Shown: positions 18,339 to 28,042 of the stretch, one piece after another
Position numbering within the stretch: the stretch's first letter is position 1
Layout of the letters: each line of letters begins with the position of its first letter
Source: an uncultured Cryomorphaceae bacterium
GTDB lineage: Bacteria > Bacteroidota > Bacteroidia > Flavobacteriales > Schleiferiaceae
NCBI GenBank assembly: GCA_913043005.1
Contig: CAJWKU010000004.1
Coordinates: 22,981 to 86,980, forward strand
Length of the DNA stretch: 64,000 nt
Reading direction: 5' to 3'
The notes under the pieces: model-generated
The model's input: the letters and a program-made list of their open reading frames with translations, nothing else
Databases searched by the model: none
What the model was told of the DNA's origin: nothing
Program-made: the position numbers and the translations under genes

Positions 18339-19597
18339 TTTCCGTGTATAAATGTAGATTCAATGTTATTTTCACCAAAAGAATAGGGCATAAAGGCCAG
18401 GTTTGATAAAGGTTTGGTTAATATCAAATTAGCTTTCATTCCCTTAGCAATATGTCCCATTTGTTTTTCTGCTCCTAAGGCATAAGCTGCATTGGTTGTA
18501 ATTGCTGCTAAACCTTCCTTTGGAGTAAGTTTCATCTTGTGGCAAGCAAGACTCCAACATAAACTGAGGTTAGAGCTTGGAGCCGAGCCGGGATTACAAT
18601 CTGATGCAATTGCCAATGGAAGATTTGAATCAATAATTTTTCGGCCTGGTGTATATGGTATGTCTAAAAATAGCGAACAGCCTGGTAGAGCAACTGGAAT
18701 TGGCTTTCGAGGTGAGAGATTTGGTTCAAACGCTTTATTAATATCTTGATGATCCCTCTCAGTCATGAACTCTAAATGATCAACGCTCCAGGCTTCGTTT
18801 TTTATTGCCGCTTGCAATCCTCCTATGCTACTGAATTGATTTACATGAGCTTTAAGTGGTAAATTAAATTTATTAGCGGTATTGCATAAGACATCCATGT
18901 GTTTTGGAGAAAAATAATTGGTTTCACAGAAAATATCGACAAAATCTATAAGACCTTCATCTGCAAATTTTGGTATCATATTATTACAGATTTCTTCCAT
19001 GTAAGCATCATGATTTCCATTATATATTAGAGGCAGGGCATGGGCCCCAAGAAAGGTTGACCATATTTTTTGCGGAACTTGACTTTTTGCTTTCTTTATT
19101 ACGCTTAGCATCTTTCTTTCTGAATGTGCTGTTAGTCCATAACCACTTTTTATTTCTAATGCGGCGGTTCCTGTTTTTCTTGATTTTTCTATTCTTTCAA
19201 GAAGGGAGTCCAGCAATTGACCTTCAGTACTTGAAGTTATTTGTTTGGAAGAATTAAGAATACCTCCCCCTGAAGCAGCAATTTCCTTGTAAGTGGATCC
19301 ATGCATTCTCATATTGAACTCATCAGACCTATCATTGGCATAAACCATATGGGTATGAGAGTCAATGAATGCCGGAAGTATAAATCGCCCGGTTCCTTCA
19401 ATAATTTCCATATTAGAACTTTCTTGAGGGCAACTACTCATACTACCAAAGTCATGAATGAGCCCAGCATCTATTTCGATGAAAGCATCTGGAATCATCG
19501 TCCAATCATCCATGGAATTTCCTGCTAAAAAATCACAATTTTTGTCATTTTTACGAAGAGTCGCTAATCCTTTTAGATTCTCTATTCTTTTGCGCAT
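18335..19597 (-). CDS. hutI: Imidazolonepropionase
   Basis: It is an amidohydrolase-fold protein with FIDSHTHMV, LEIKSGYGL and ASDCNPGS. I moved the start to MRKRIENLKG (ATG at 19597), which removes the overlap with aroC. Confidence 0.85.
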   Translation of the reverse strand: MRKRIENLKGLATLRKNDKNCDFLAGNSMDDWTMIPDAFIEIDAGLIHDFGSMSSCPQESSNMEIIEGTGRFILPAFIDSHTHMVYANDRSDEFNMRMHGSTYKEIAASGGGILNSSKQITSSTEGQLLDSLLERIEKSRKTGTAALEIKSGYGLTAHSERKMLSVIKKAKSQVPQKIWSTFLGAHALPLIYNGNHDAYMEEICNNMIPKFADEGLIDFVDIFCETNYFSPKHMDVLCNTANKFNLPLKAHVNQFSSIGGLQAAIKNEAWSVDHLEFMTERDHQDINKAFEPNLSPRKPIPVALPGCSLFLDIPYTPGRKIIDSNLPLAIASDCNPGSAPSSNLSLCWSLACHKMKLTPKEGLAAITTNAAYALGAEKQMGHIAKGMKANLILTKPLSNLAFMPYSFGENNIESTFIHGK

Positions 19598-19619
19598 ATA
19601 ACGAAGGTAGTGTATCGCG

Positions 19620-19627
19620 TATTTTTG
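19620..19627 (+). promoter_or_regulatory. -7 box TATTTTTG, 5 nt upstream of the aroC ATG
   Basis: It is an exact TAnnTTTG match followed by atgac and then the ATG at 19633. Confidence 0.4.
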
Positions 19628-19632
19628 ATGAC

Positions 19633-20727
19633 ATGGCAAGCAACTCATTTGGAGAAATTTTACGTTTAACCACATTTGGAGAATCTCACAATTCCTCTAT
19701 GGGCGGGGTTTTAGACGGCGTTCCTGCGGGAATTTTAATAAATACTTTGTTAATTCAAAAGGAAGTAGATCGCAGAAGACCTGGTCAATCTGAGTTCACA
19801 ACATCCCGTTTAGAGTTGGATAAAGTGAAAATATTGAGTGGCTTACATCCGGATATTGATGATCAAGGTTGTCAAGAGTCTTTAGGCTCTCCAATCGGTT
19901 TCATTGTTGATAACATGGATAAGAAAAGCTCAGACTATAATTCTTTAAATGATGTGTTTCGTCCTTCGCATGCCGACTTTACTTATCAAGCTAAATACGG
20001 TATTCGAGATCATCGAGGAGGAGGCAGGTCTAGTGCCAGAGAAACTATTTGTCGTGTTATTGCTGGAGCAATTGCAAAACAGATTTTGGGAGATAAAATA
20101 AATATTAATGCATATGTGGAGAGAATTGCGGGAATAGGTATTCCAAAGAATGCTATTTTTGAAATTTCAGAAGCAAATCAATCGCCTTTATTATGTCCTC
20201 ACAGGGAGACATCCAAGAGTATGGAACAGAAATTAAGGGATCTTTCCATTAAAGGGGATACAGCTGGTGGTGTAATAGCTTGTCAAATTCAGGGAGTTCC
20301 TGCTGGTTGGGGTGAGCCTGTATTTGATAAATTGAATGCTCGATTGGCATATGGGGTTATGGGAATAAACGCCACAAAGGGCATAGAGTTCGGCTCAGGA
20401 TTTCTAGGTGCTGAGCGAATAGGATCTGAGGAGAATGATTCGTTTGAGTCAAAAGAAAAAACTACATCAAATAATAGTGGTGGAATACAAGGGGGTATTA
20501 GTAATGGTCAGGATGTATTTTTTAGAACGGCATTTAAACCGGTCTCGAGTATTAAAATGAATCAAAAAACTATTAATAAAAATGGTGACTCCGTCAATAT
20601 AAAAATTGAGGGAAGGCATGATCCTGTGGTGCTGCCAAGAGCAGTTCCAATTATTGAATCAATGGCCTCATTGGTACTTGCAGATTTTTATTTATTTCAA
20701 CATCTGCAATCTATAAAACAGCTTTAA
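19633..20727 (+). CDS. aroC: Chorismate synthase
   Basis: Signature stretches are FGESHN, RRPGQSEFTTSR, RPSHADFTYQAKYG and GGGRSSARET. Confidence 0.93.
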   Translation: MASNSFGEILRLTTFGESHNSSMGGVLDGVPAGILINTLLIQKEVDRRRPGQSEFTTSRLELDKVKILSGLHPDIDDQGCQESLGSPIGFIVDNMDKKSSDYNSLNDVFRPSHADFTYQAKYGIRDHRGGGRSSARETICRVIAGAIAKQILGDKININAYVERIAGIGIPKNAIFEISEANQSPLLCPHRETSKSMEQKLRDLSIKGDTAGGVIACQIQGVPAGWGEPVFDKLNARLAYGVMGINATKGIEFGSGFLGAERIGSEENDSFESKEKTTSNNSGGIQGGISNGQDVFFRTAFKPVSSIKMNQKTINKNGDSVNIKIEGRHDPVVLPRAVPIIESMASLVLADFYLFQHLQSIKQL

Positions 20728-20733
20728 AATAAA

Positions 20734-22680
20734 ATGGGCTCTTTATATCGATTTGTACTATTGATATTTATTTTTCAGGCTTACTGCTTGTCTGGGCAAA
20801 CTCATATTCATAATTGTCCTGGATACTCAAGTTTCTCAAAGCAGGCAGAATTAACCCAGAGAGCATTGAAGGATGGGGACTTGATTATGGCTAAGGTTTA
20901 TTTATCAGCAATGAATAGTAAACCAAAGGGGCAGGAGCTGAATTCTTTATACCTAAGGTCTGAACTAGATTTGTTAGAAGGACGTCTATCTGAAGCTTTA
21001 TACGGATATGCTGAGATTTATTCAAGATGTCCATCATATTCTCCAATGGTTCTTTTTAAATGGGGTTCTGTTTTAGAAGAATTAGGTTCTTTAAAGGAGT
21101 CAAAATTGAAATTCGAGGAGTACTTGAGATTTGAAAACAATGAGCTTCAATATAAAAATCAGGTGATGAAAAAAATATCTTTATGGAATTTTAGAGACTC
21201 TTTGATCAGTAATCCTGTTTTTTTTGAGCCTAAGAGAATAGAAGGGTTGTCAACAGATGCAGATGAGTTTCTCGGGATTCTATCACCTGATGAGTCTTCT
21301 TGGTATTTTACAAGAAGATATAAATATCTTGATTTTAAAATGGGCCCAGCACCTGTAAAACGCTTTAGAGAAGAATTCTGTCAATTGTCAACAAATAATA
21401 ATGACAAATTCTCTTCTTTGGGATATCCATTTAATCAAGGATTTAATGAAGGAGGTCCAACTTTGACAGCTGATAACCGAAGTATGGCAATAACTTCATG
21501 TGAACTTCTAAAAAATGGATATAGAAATTGCGATATATTTATAACTGATAAATACCATAATCATTGGACTGACTTTAAGTCATTAGATATCATTAACCAA
21601 CAAAACACATGGGAGGCTCAGCCATCATTTTCAGCAAATGGCGACCGAATTATTTTTTCTTCAGATAGGAATGGAGGTTATGGCGGGTTAGACCTTTATT
21701 CCATCAATTATGATTCTAATGGCGTTTGGGGAGAATTAGTTAACCTTGGCCCAAGGATAAATACCTCAGGAGATGAAAAATCTCCATTTATTCACGCAGA
21801 TAATGAGCATTTATTCTTCTCATCAAATGGTCACTTAGGCCTAGGGGATTTTGATGTTTTTGTAGTAAGTCTTCATAATGACAAAAATCCAATGAACTTG
21901 GGCTATCCTATCAATACTCCTAGGGCTGAAGTTGGTTTTGGAGTTTCTGCTCGAAGACCAATAGCGTATTTTTCAAGCAATGATGAAATAGGAGATTTAT
22001 CTGCTTCTTCTAGTTATGATTTTTTCCAATTTGTACTTCCTGAAAAATACTTGCCAGATAACGTCGCATTTGTTCAGGGACAAATTAATGGGGCTCATTA
22101 TTTTCCAAAGGGTTTGCAACTTCGTATTGAGAATTTATCCACTAAAAAAGTGTCGAGAGTCAGAGTCGATCAAAAAACTGGTAAATACACAGCAGTATTA
22201 AATAATAGCAACCCTAACGATTACTTATTCTCAATCGATAGTCGAAATATTGGTTACACATCAACTCGTGTTCGATTAGACAATGGTCAGGACGATTATA
22301 ATGTACCGGCCCTTGTAGCAAAAAAATTAGAGATTGGTGAATCTTTTGACCTTTATTCTGTTCTTTTTGAGTCCAATAGCTATGTTTTATCTAAGCAAGA
22401 TGAGCAAGCTTTAAGGTCGTTTGCTCGATATTTCAAGTCTAACCCTTCATTGATTGTTGAATTACAAGGACACACGGATAATATTGGACACTCGGAAGAT
22501 AATTTGCTTTTATCTCAAAAAAGATCTAAAGCAGTTTTTGATTTTTTGATCAACTCTGGTGTAGATCCTATCCAAGTGTCTTACAGAGGAATGGGGGATA
22601 GGCATCCGATATCCTCAAATACTTCGCAAATAGGTAGATCGAAAAATAGAAGAACAACATTTATTGTTTTAAACAAATAA
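20734..22680 (+). CDS. OmpA-family protein with TPR and PD40/TolB-like beta-propeller repeats
   Basis: It has a signal peptide, a TPR-like N-terminus and PD40-type repeats (PSFSANGDRIIFSSDRNGGYGGLDLY, EKSPFIHADNEHLFFSSNG). The C-terminal OmpA domain reads LQGHTDNIGHSEDNLLLSQKRS...NRRTTF. Confidence 0.85.
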   Translation: MGSLYRFVLLIFIFQAYCLSGQTHIHNCPGYSSFSKQAELTQRALKDGDLIMAKVYLSAMNSKPKGQELNSLYLRSELDLLEGRLSEALYGYAEIYSRCPSYSPMVLFKWGSVLEELGSLKESKLKFEEYLRFENNELQYKNQVMKKISLWNFRDSLISNPVFFEPKRIEGLSTDADEFLGILSPDESSWYFTRRYKYLDFKMGPAPVKRFREEFCQLSTNNNDKFSSLGYPFNQGFNEGGPTLTADNRSMAITSCELLKNGYRNCDIFITDKYHNHWTDFKSLDIINQQNTWEAQPSFSANGDRIIFSSDRNGGYGGLDLYSINYDSNGVWGELVNLGPRINTSGDEKSPFIHADNEHLFFSSNGHLGLGDFDVFVVSLHNDKNPMNLGYPINTPRAEVGFGVSARRPIAYFSSNDEIGDLSASSSYDFFQFVLPEKYLPDNVAFVQGQINGAHYFPKGLQLRIENLSTKKVSRVRVDQKTGKYTAVLNNSNPNDYLFSIDSRNIGYTSTRVRLDNGQDDYNVPALVAKKLEIGESFDLYSVLFESNSYVLSKQDEQALRSFARYFKSNPSLIVELQGHTDNIGHSEDNLLLSQKRSKAVFDFLINSGVDPIQVSYRGMGDRHPISSNTSQIGRSKNRRTTFIVLNK

Positions 22681-22707
22681 AAAAAACGTCTATCTCTAGA
22701 CGTTTTT
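22681..22707. terminator. Bidirectional rho-independent terminator between the OmpA-family gene and rplS
   Basis: The perfect hairpin acgtcta-tctc-tagacgt is flanked by an A-run on the left and a T-run on the right. Confidence 0.75.
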
Positions 22708-22729
22708 ATATGTATTAGCTAAAGGTTTA

Positions 22730-23077
22730 TTAGCTCCTTCTCTCTTTGATTCGAGCGGATTTACCCGTTCGCTCTCGTTGATAGAAAATTCTTGCACGGC
22801 GAACTTTACCATGTTTATTAACTTCTATTTTTTCAAGATTCGGCATGTTTACAGGAAAAATTCTCTCTACGCCAACATTTCCCGACATTTTTCTAATGGT
22901 AAAAGTTTCCGTTACACCAGCTCCACTGCGCTGTAATACATCTCCACGGAAAAACTGTGTACGGGTTTTTTCACCTTCACGAATTTTGTAGTAAACTGTA
23001 ACTGTGTCTCCGGCACCAAATTCCGGGAAGTCTTTTGACTCTACAAACTTATCTTGGACATACTTAATAAGGTCCAT
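22730..23077 (-). CDS. rplS: 50S ribosomal protein L19
   Basis: The sequence FPEFGAGDTVTVYYKIREGEKTRTQFFRGDVL...RKMSGNVGVERIFP is typical of L19. The protein is 115 aa. Confidence 0.93.
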   Translation of the reverse strand: MDLIKYVQDKFVESKDFPEFGAGDTVTVYYKIREGEKTRTQFFRGDVLQRSGAGVTETFTIRKMSGNVGVERIFPVNMPNLEKIEVNKHGKVRRARIFYQRERTGKSARIKERRS

Positions 23078-23185
23078 AGCTTTTTAGTGTTTTAATCGTT
23101 CACCGATATTCAACATACATCTCTCTGATCAGAGGTTGGTATCGCGCTATTACTCAATCTTAGTTAAAACTCTCAATCAAGGGCG

Positions 23186-23193
23186 CAAATGTA
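23186..23193 (-). promoter_or_regulatory. -7 box TACATTTG, internal promoter for rplS
   Basis: The plus-strand caaatgta is the reverse complement of TAcaTTTG. It lies in the 148-nt trmD-rplS spacer, about 108 nt upstream of the rplS ATG. Confidence 0.45.
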
Positions 23194-23225
23194 CTAAAAA
23201 TAGATTATGTTATGAATATTTCTTG

Positions 23226-23903
23226 TCATAAAAGATCAGGTCTACGAGACTTTGTGTTTTTCATAGCTTGTTCACTCTTCCATGCATCAATTTTTTTAGA
23301 GTCTCCACTCAATAAAACATCAGGAACTTTCATTCCTCGTAATTCAGCGGGTCTAGTATAAATAGGAGGGGCAAGTAGATCGTCCTGAAATGAATCTGTT
23401 AATGCACTTGCACTATCATTTAAAACACCTGGAACAAGACGAATTAAGGCGTCTGAAATCACTGTTGCTGCAAGTTCTCCACCACTCAATACATAGTCAC
23501 CAATACTTATCTCATGAGTTATTAAAGCATCTCTAACTCGCTGATCAATACCCTTGTAGTGTCCGCAAAGAATAATAATATTTTTTTTTAACGATAATTT
23601 ATTTGCTAATTTTTGATTAAATCTGTCCCCATCTGGAGTCGTATAAATTACAGCATCGTAATCTCTTTGACTTTTTAAGTTTTCGATACATTCAAATATT
23701 GGGTTTGCAAGCATGACCATCCCAGCACCTCCTCCGAAGGCGTAATCATCAACCTGTTTGTGTTTTCCTTCTCCGAAGTTTCGCAAATCATGCATGTGAA
23801 CTTCTACCAGACCTTTTTTTTGAGCGCGTTTTAAAATACTAGAGCTAAAAGGACTCGTCATTATTTCGGGTAATAGGCTTACAATATCAATCCTAAAGGT
23901 CAT
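23226..23903 (-). CDS. trmD: tRNA (guanine37-N1)-methyltransferase
   Basis: Characteristic stretches are DDYAFGGGAGMV, IILCGHYKGIDQRV, ISIGDYVLSGGE and YTRP. Confidence 0.92.
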   Translation of the reverse strand: MTFRIDIVSLLPEIMTSPFSSSILKRAQKKGLVEVHMHDLRNFGEGKHKQVDDYAFGGGAGMVMLANPIFECIENLKSQRDYDAVIYTTPDGDRFNQKLANKLSLKKNIIILCGHYKGIDQRVRDALITHEISIGDYVLSGGELAATVISDALIRLVPGVLNDSASALTDSFQDDLLAPPIYTRPAELRGMKVPDVLLSGDSKKIDAWKSEQAMKNTKSRRPDLL

Positions 23904-24044
23904 TTTAACTTAATTTTAATAATATCAGAAAGTTACTTTTTTCAACCCGAATACTGGCATTCTCCTGGCTTTAAATATCTCTTTATGTCTGTTTTATTAT
24001 AAACAACTATTAAAAGTGGTTTTAATAAAAAAAACTGAATAGTT

Positions 24045-26024
24045 TTAGTAGTTAAGGGTGTTTCTGAGAATGTCATCCATCCATTTATTGGCTAAATATC
24101 CTTTTTCAAGCTCTGCGGCAAAAGGTATTGGTGTGTCAATACTGGCAGCAACCTTTACCGGTGCGTCTAAATAATTGAAGCATTTTGATTGTATTATTTG
24201 AGAAATATCATTACCAATACTCCCTCTAAAAGTATCTTCTTGAACTATTACGCAGCGTCCAGTCTTTTTGACTGAATCGATAATTGTATCCGAGTCAAGT
24301 GGCACAAAAGTTCTAAGGTCAATTAAATCAACCGAGACTTCAGGATTTTTTAACATCCATTCGCTTACCCATCGGATTCCTAATCCATAGCTTACGATCG
24401 TTATTTCTTTCCCTTTCTCTAATAGATTGGCTTTGCCAAATGGGATGGTATAGTAACCCTCAGGTACATCGCTATCTTGTGATCTATAAAGTGCTTTGTG
24501 TTCAAAAAATAATATTGGATTTGGGTCTTCAAACGATTGGAGTAATAAACCTTTGGCGTCATAGGCATTTGAGGGATAAACTACTTTGAGTCCCGGAATT
24601 CTGGTGAACCACGATTCTGTACTTTGGGAATGGAAAGGTCCAGCGTTAACACCGGCACCGGTAGGCATTCTAATTACCATATCAACATTTTGTCCCCATC
24701 TGTAATATAGCTTTGCAGCTTGATTGCATATTTGAGTCATCGCTTCCGAGACAAAATCAGAAAATTGCATTTCAATCATTGTTTTCATTCCCATCACCGA
24801 AAGACCAACGCCTGTTCCGACAATTGCTGATTCGCACAGTGGTGTATTGATTACCCTATCTTTTCCGAACTGCTCTAAAAAAGTATCCGTAGCTTTAAAA
24901 ACACCACCATAATCAGCTATGTCTTGACCCATTAAGATCAAATTATCATGCTCAATCAATGCTTGCTCTAAACCTGAGTGTATAGCATCTATAAAACGCA
25001 TGTTTTTGATATTTCCTAATGACTTATTATCAGAGGATTCATATTGATTATTATCAAATACATCTTTAAGTTCGTTTTCAAGATTGAATTCAGCATTGGG
25101 TTCTTTTAATGCAGATTGAAGATTATCTAAAACGTTTTTATTAATAGATTTTTCTATTTCATCTATCTCTTTTTGAGATAAAATCTCATTTGAAATTAAG
25201 TTTTGACGAAATGTTAGAATTGGATCTTTTAGTTTCCATGAATCTATTAGGCCGTCTGGGTAATACTTCGTGCCAGAGGCTTCCTCGTGTCCTCTAATTC
25301 TGAAAGTTTTACATTCCAGAATAATAGGTCTCTGTTTTTTACGAATACTTGAAGTTAGTTTTTTTGATATCTCAAGAGTCTTAGCAAAATCATTACCATC
25401 TACACTATGAGCCTCAATTCCAAAAGAGTCTCCTTTAACAGTAAATGAATCAAAATTAAATTGTTCATTGGATGGGGTTGAAAGTCCCCATTGATTGTTT
25501 TCAATTACAAAAAGAACAGGAAGGCTCCATACTGAGGCTACATTCAAGGCTTCATGGAAGTCCCCTTGAGAAGCTCCTCCGTCGCCTGTGAAAACTAAAA
25601 CACATTTTTTTTCATTTTTCAATTTCCTGGCCAGCGCTAATCCGTCAGCCACTCCCATTTGGGCCCCAAGATGACTAATCATTCCAAATATCTTATGTTC
25701 TTGACTGCCAAAATGAAACGAACGATCACGCCCTTTTGTGAATCCAGTAGCTTTTCCTTGAAATTGAGAGAATAACTTAAGTAAGGGGACATTGCGAGAA
25801 GTAAACACTCCAAGATTTCTGTGCATCGTACAAATCCACTCGTCTTCATGCATAGCTAAAGTATTAGCTACGGATACAACTTCCTGACCATAGCTTGAAA
25901 ACCATTTCGAAATAACACCTTGTCTTAAAGCTAAAAGCATTCGGTCCTCAACAGCGCGGGGGACAAATAAGCTTTTGTAGTGTTTAATCGCATCTTTTTT
26001 AGAAAGGTTAGAGTAGAAGGCCAT
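24045..26024 (-). CDS. Alpha-ketoacid dehydrogenase E1 component, fused alpha/beta subunits (TPP-dependent)
   Basis: The 659-aa protein has an E1-alpha part (GDGGASQGDFHEALN) followed by an E1-beta, transketolase-like part (MGQDIADYGGVFKAT, FEHKALY). Confidence 0.85.
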   Translation of the reverse strand: MAFYSNLSKKDAIKHYKSLFVPRAVEDRMLLALRQGVISKWFSSYGQEVVSVANTLAMHEDEWICTMHRNLGVFTSRNVPLLKLFSQFQGKATGFTKGRDRSFHFGSQEHKIFGMISHLGAQMGVADGLALARKLKNEKKCVLVFTGDGGASQGDFHEALNVASVWSLPVLFVIENNQWGLSTPSNEQFNFDSFTVKGDSFGIEAHSVDGNDFAKTLEISKKLTSSIRKKQRPIILECKTFRIRGHEEASGTKYYPDGLIDSWKLKDPILTFRQNLISNEILSQKEIDEIEKSINKNVLDNLQSALKEPNAEFNLENELKDVFDNNQYESSDNKSLGNIKNMRFIDAIHSGLEQALIEHDNLILMGQDIADYGGVFKATDTFLEQFGKDRVINTPLCESAIVGTGVGLSVMGMKTMIEMQFSDFVSEAMTQICNQAAKLYYRWGQNVDMVIRMPTGAGVNAGPFHSQSTESWFTRIPGLKVVYPSNAYDAKGLLLQSFEDPNPILFFEHKALYRSQDSDVPEGYYTIPFGKANLLEKGKEITIVSYGLGIRWVSEWMLKNPEVSVDLIDLRTFVPLDSDTIIDSVKKTGRCVIVQEDTFRGSIGNDISQIIQSKCFNYLDAPVKVAASIDTPIPFAAELEKGYLANKWMDDILRNTLNY

Positions 26025-26081
26025 TTTGCTGCTAGGTTATGAGACAAAGGTGGGGTACAATCATTAACGAAACAATCCCAT

Positions 26082-26089
26082 TATCTTTG
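26082..26089 (+). promoter_or_regulatory. -7 box TATCTTTG, 5 nt upstream of the oxygenase ATG
   Basis: It is an exact TAnnTTTG match followed by tcatt and then the ATG at 26095. Confidence 0.4.
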
Positions 26090-26094
26090 TCATT

Positions 26095-27024
26095 ATGAAT
26101 TTAAAGACAATTAATCTAAATAAATTCACAAAAGGATCTAACACTGACCGGCATACGTTTGTATCAGACCTTGGTGAAGCTTTTGAAACAATTGGATTTG
26201 CAGCGATTGAAGGTCATGATTTTACAAATAAAGACCGCGAGTTATTGCAAAAAGTGATAAAAGATTTTTTTAATCAGAGCGATTCTTCGAAAATGAAATC
26301 TCATGTCCCCACTGCCAAAGGCCAGAGGGGCTTTACTCCTTTTGGAGTTGAGCACGCAAAAGGAGAAACGCGGCCCGATTTAAAGGAGTTTTTTCAATGG
26401 GGTCCGATGAATGCTGTAGAGAGGGGGCTTGATAAAAATGTATTGGTTCCGCATGTATCGGAGATGGATAGTTCCGTCTCAAATGCATATAATAAGCTCG
26501 AAAAAATTGGACAACATCTGATGAGAGCAATTGCACTGCACCTTTCTCTTCCGCAAGACTTTTTTGAATCTTATCTGGATCAAGGTCATTCAATATTTAG
26601 GGCTATTCACTATCCCGGGCAAACTCATTCAAGCCCGAAAGGAATTCGGGCGGCTGCCCATGAAGATATTAATTTGATAACCCTGCTCATGGGTGCATCA
26701 GCAGAAGGGTTGGAGTTACTCAATAAAGAAGGTAATTGGCTTCCTATTCACGTCACAAGTGATGCATTGGTCATCAATGTTGGAGACATGCTGCAGCGAT
26801 TAACAAATAATATAATGCGCTCAACTACTCATCGAGTAGTAAATCCTCCTCAGGAAAGACTTCATCTCCCCAGGTTTTCCATGCCATTTTTTGTTCACCC
26901 GGATGAAAAGATGCCACTGAATTGTCTAGACATGTGTATTTCTGAAAATAATCCCAAGGCTTTCGATGATATTACCGCTGGTGAATATTTGCAGCAGCGA
27001 TTGAAAGAAATAGGTTTAGCCTAA
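26095..27024 (+). CDS. 2OG-Fe(II) oxygenase (isopenicillin N synthase-like family)
   Basis: The facial triad context is AAHEDINLITLL...STTHRV, with VINVGDMLQRLTNN. The protein is 309 aa. Confidence 0.8.
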   Translation: MNLKTINLNKFTKGSNTDRHTFVSDLGEAFETIGFAAIEGHDFTNKDRELLQKVIKDFFNQSDSSKMKSHVPTAKGQRGFTPFGVEHAKGETRPDLKEFFQWGPMNAVERGLDKNVLVPHVSEMDSSVSNAYNKLEKIGQHLMRAIALHLSLPQDFFESYLDQGHSIFRAIHYPGQTHSSPKGIRAAAHEDINLITLLMGASAEGLELLNKEGNWLPIHVTSDALVINVGDMLQRLTNNIMRSTTHRVVNPPQERLHLPRFSMPFFVHPDEKMPLNCLDMCISENNPKAFDDITAGEYLQQRLKEIGLA

Positions 27025-27938
27025 GAGGGATCCGAATTTTTTGTGAAAATTATCTCGGCAGAAATAGCATAGTGATCAGATAGGTCAATTTGATTTCCCT
27101 TAAACATAAATTTAGGTTTGAGTATTTTAGTATTGACAATTCTAGAATCTGTTTTGCGGTGCTGAATGAGTATATAATCTAGTTGGGAAGATGAAGCATT
27201 CTTGTTCCAATAATTATTAGAATCAAAAGTGTATAATTTTTTGTTTTTTATTGTGGGATCTTTCATGGAAATACATTCTAGCATTTTTGAATAATCTTTA
27301 GAATTTGATTTTTTTGTATTTAAATCTCCGAGTAAAATAACCGGTATAGTTTGTGTTTTATTTCGCTCAAGGAGTCTATGAATATCAGAGTATTGCATAT
27401 CACGTTGAATTTGTGCTTTTTCCGATTTTCCTGCCTGTAAGTGGGTTCCTGCGATTTGAATTGTAGATCCATCTTTTTGCGCTTCTACCAACGTACACCC
27501 TTTTGCTGCAAACCTATCTGCAGTTACTCCAGGTTTAAATATAATATGGTCAATATACTTAAGGGGAACTTTACTTATTATTAGAATTCCATTACTGACG
27601 AATGCTTTATTGCCCTTGAATGGCTTTACTTGATATGGATATGAATCTTTAAGTTCTTTCATTAATTTTCTTCGAATATTCAGATCAAATACTTCTTGAA
27701 AGACAATAATATCAAAATTGTTATTAATGCAGTGCTTAATAATTAAGGGCGCTCTAATGTTTTGCTTTTTTCTTAAAAGCTTAGATAGAAAAGAAAAATT
27801 ATTCGGGAGCATTTGAACATTCCAACTAACTACTTTTAACTCCGAATAAGAAGTTTCAGAAGAGTCTTGAGAGTAAAGAAGGCTTGAGGTCAATAAACAA
27901 ATACCCAGAAGAGAAAATTTCCATTTATTAGAATTCAT
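27021..27938 (-). CDS. Endonuclease/exonuclease/phosphatase (EEP) family protein, exported (sphingomyelinase-like)
   Basis: It has a signal peptide (WKFSLLGICLLTSSLLYSQ). Motifs VVSWNVQMLP, IIVFQEVF, GTHLQAG, LLGDLN and LSDHYAI are present. Confidence 0.75.
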   Translation of the reverse strand: MNSNKWKFSLLGICLLTSSLLYSQDSSETSYSELKVVSWNVQMLPNNFSFLSKLLRKKQNIRAPLIIKHCINNNFDIIVFQEVFDLNIRRKLMKELKDSYPYQVKPFKGNKAFVSNGILIISKVPLKYIDHIIFKPGVTADRFAAKGCTLVEAQKDGSTIQIAGTHLQAGKSEKAQIQRDMQYSDIHRLLERNKTQTIPVILLGDLNTKKSNSKDYSKMLECISMKDPTIKNKKLYTFDSNNYWNKNASSSQLDYILIQHRKTDSRIVNTKILKPKFMFKGNQIDLSDHYAISAEIIFTKNSDPS

Positions 27939-28042
27939 GCATTTTCTATTTATGGTATTTTATTTTTGTAGTAAATAAATTTACGATACTTAAGCTTTGA
28001 TATGTTTATCTATAATTCTATAAACACAACCATTTAATATTT

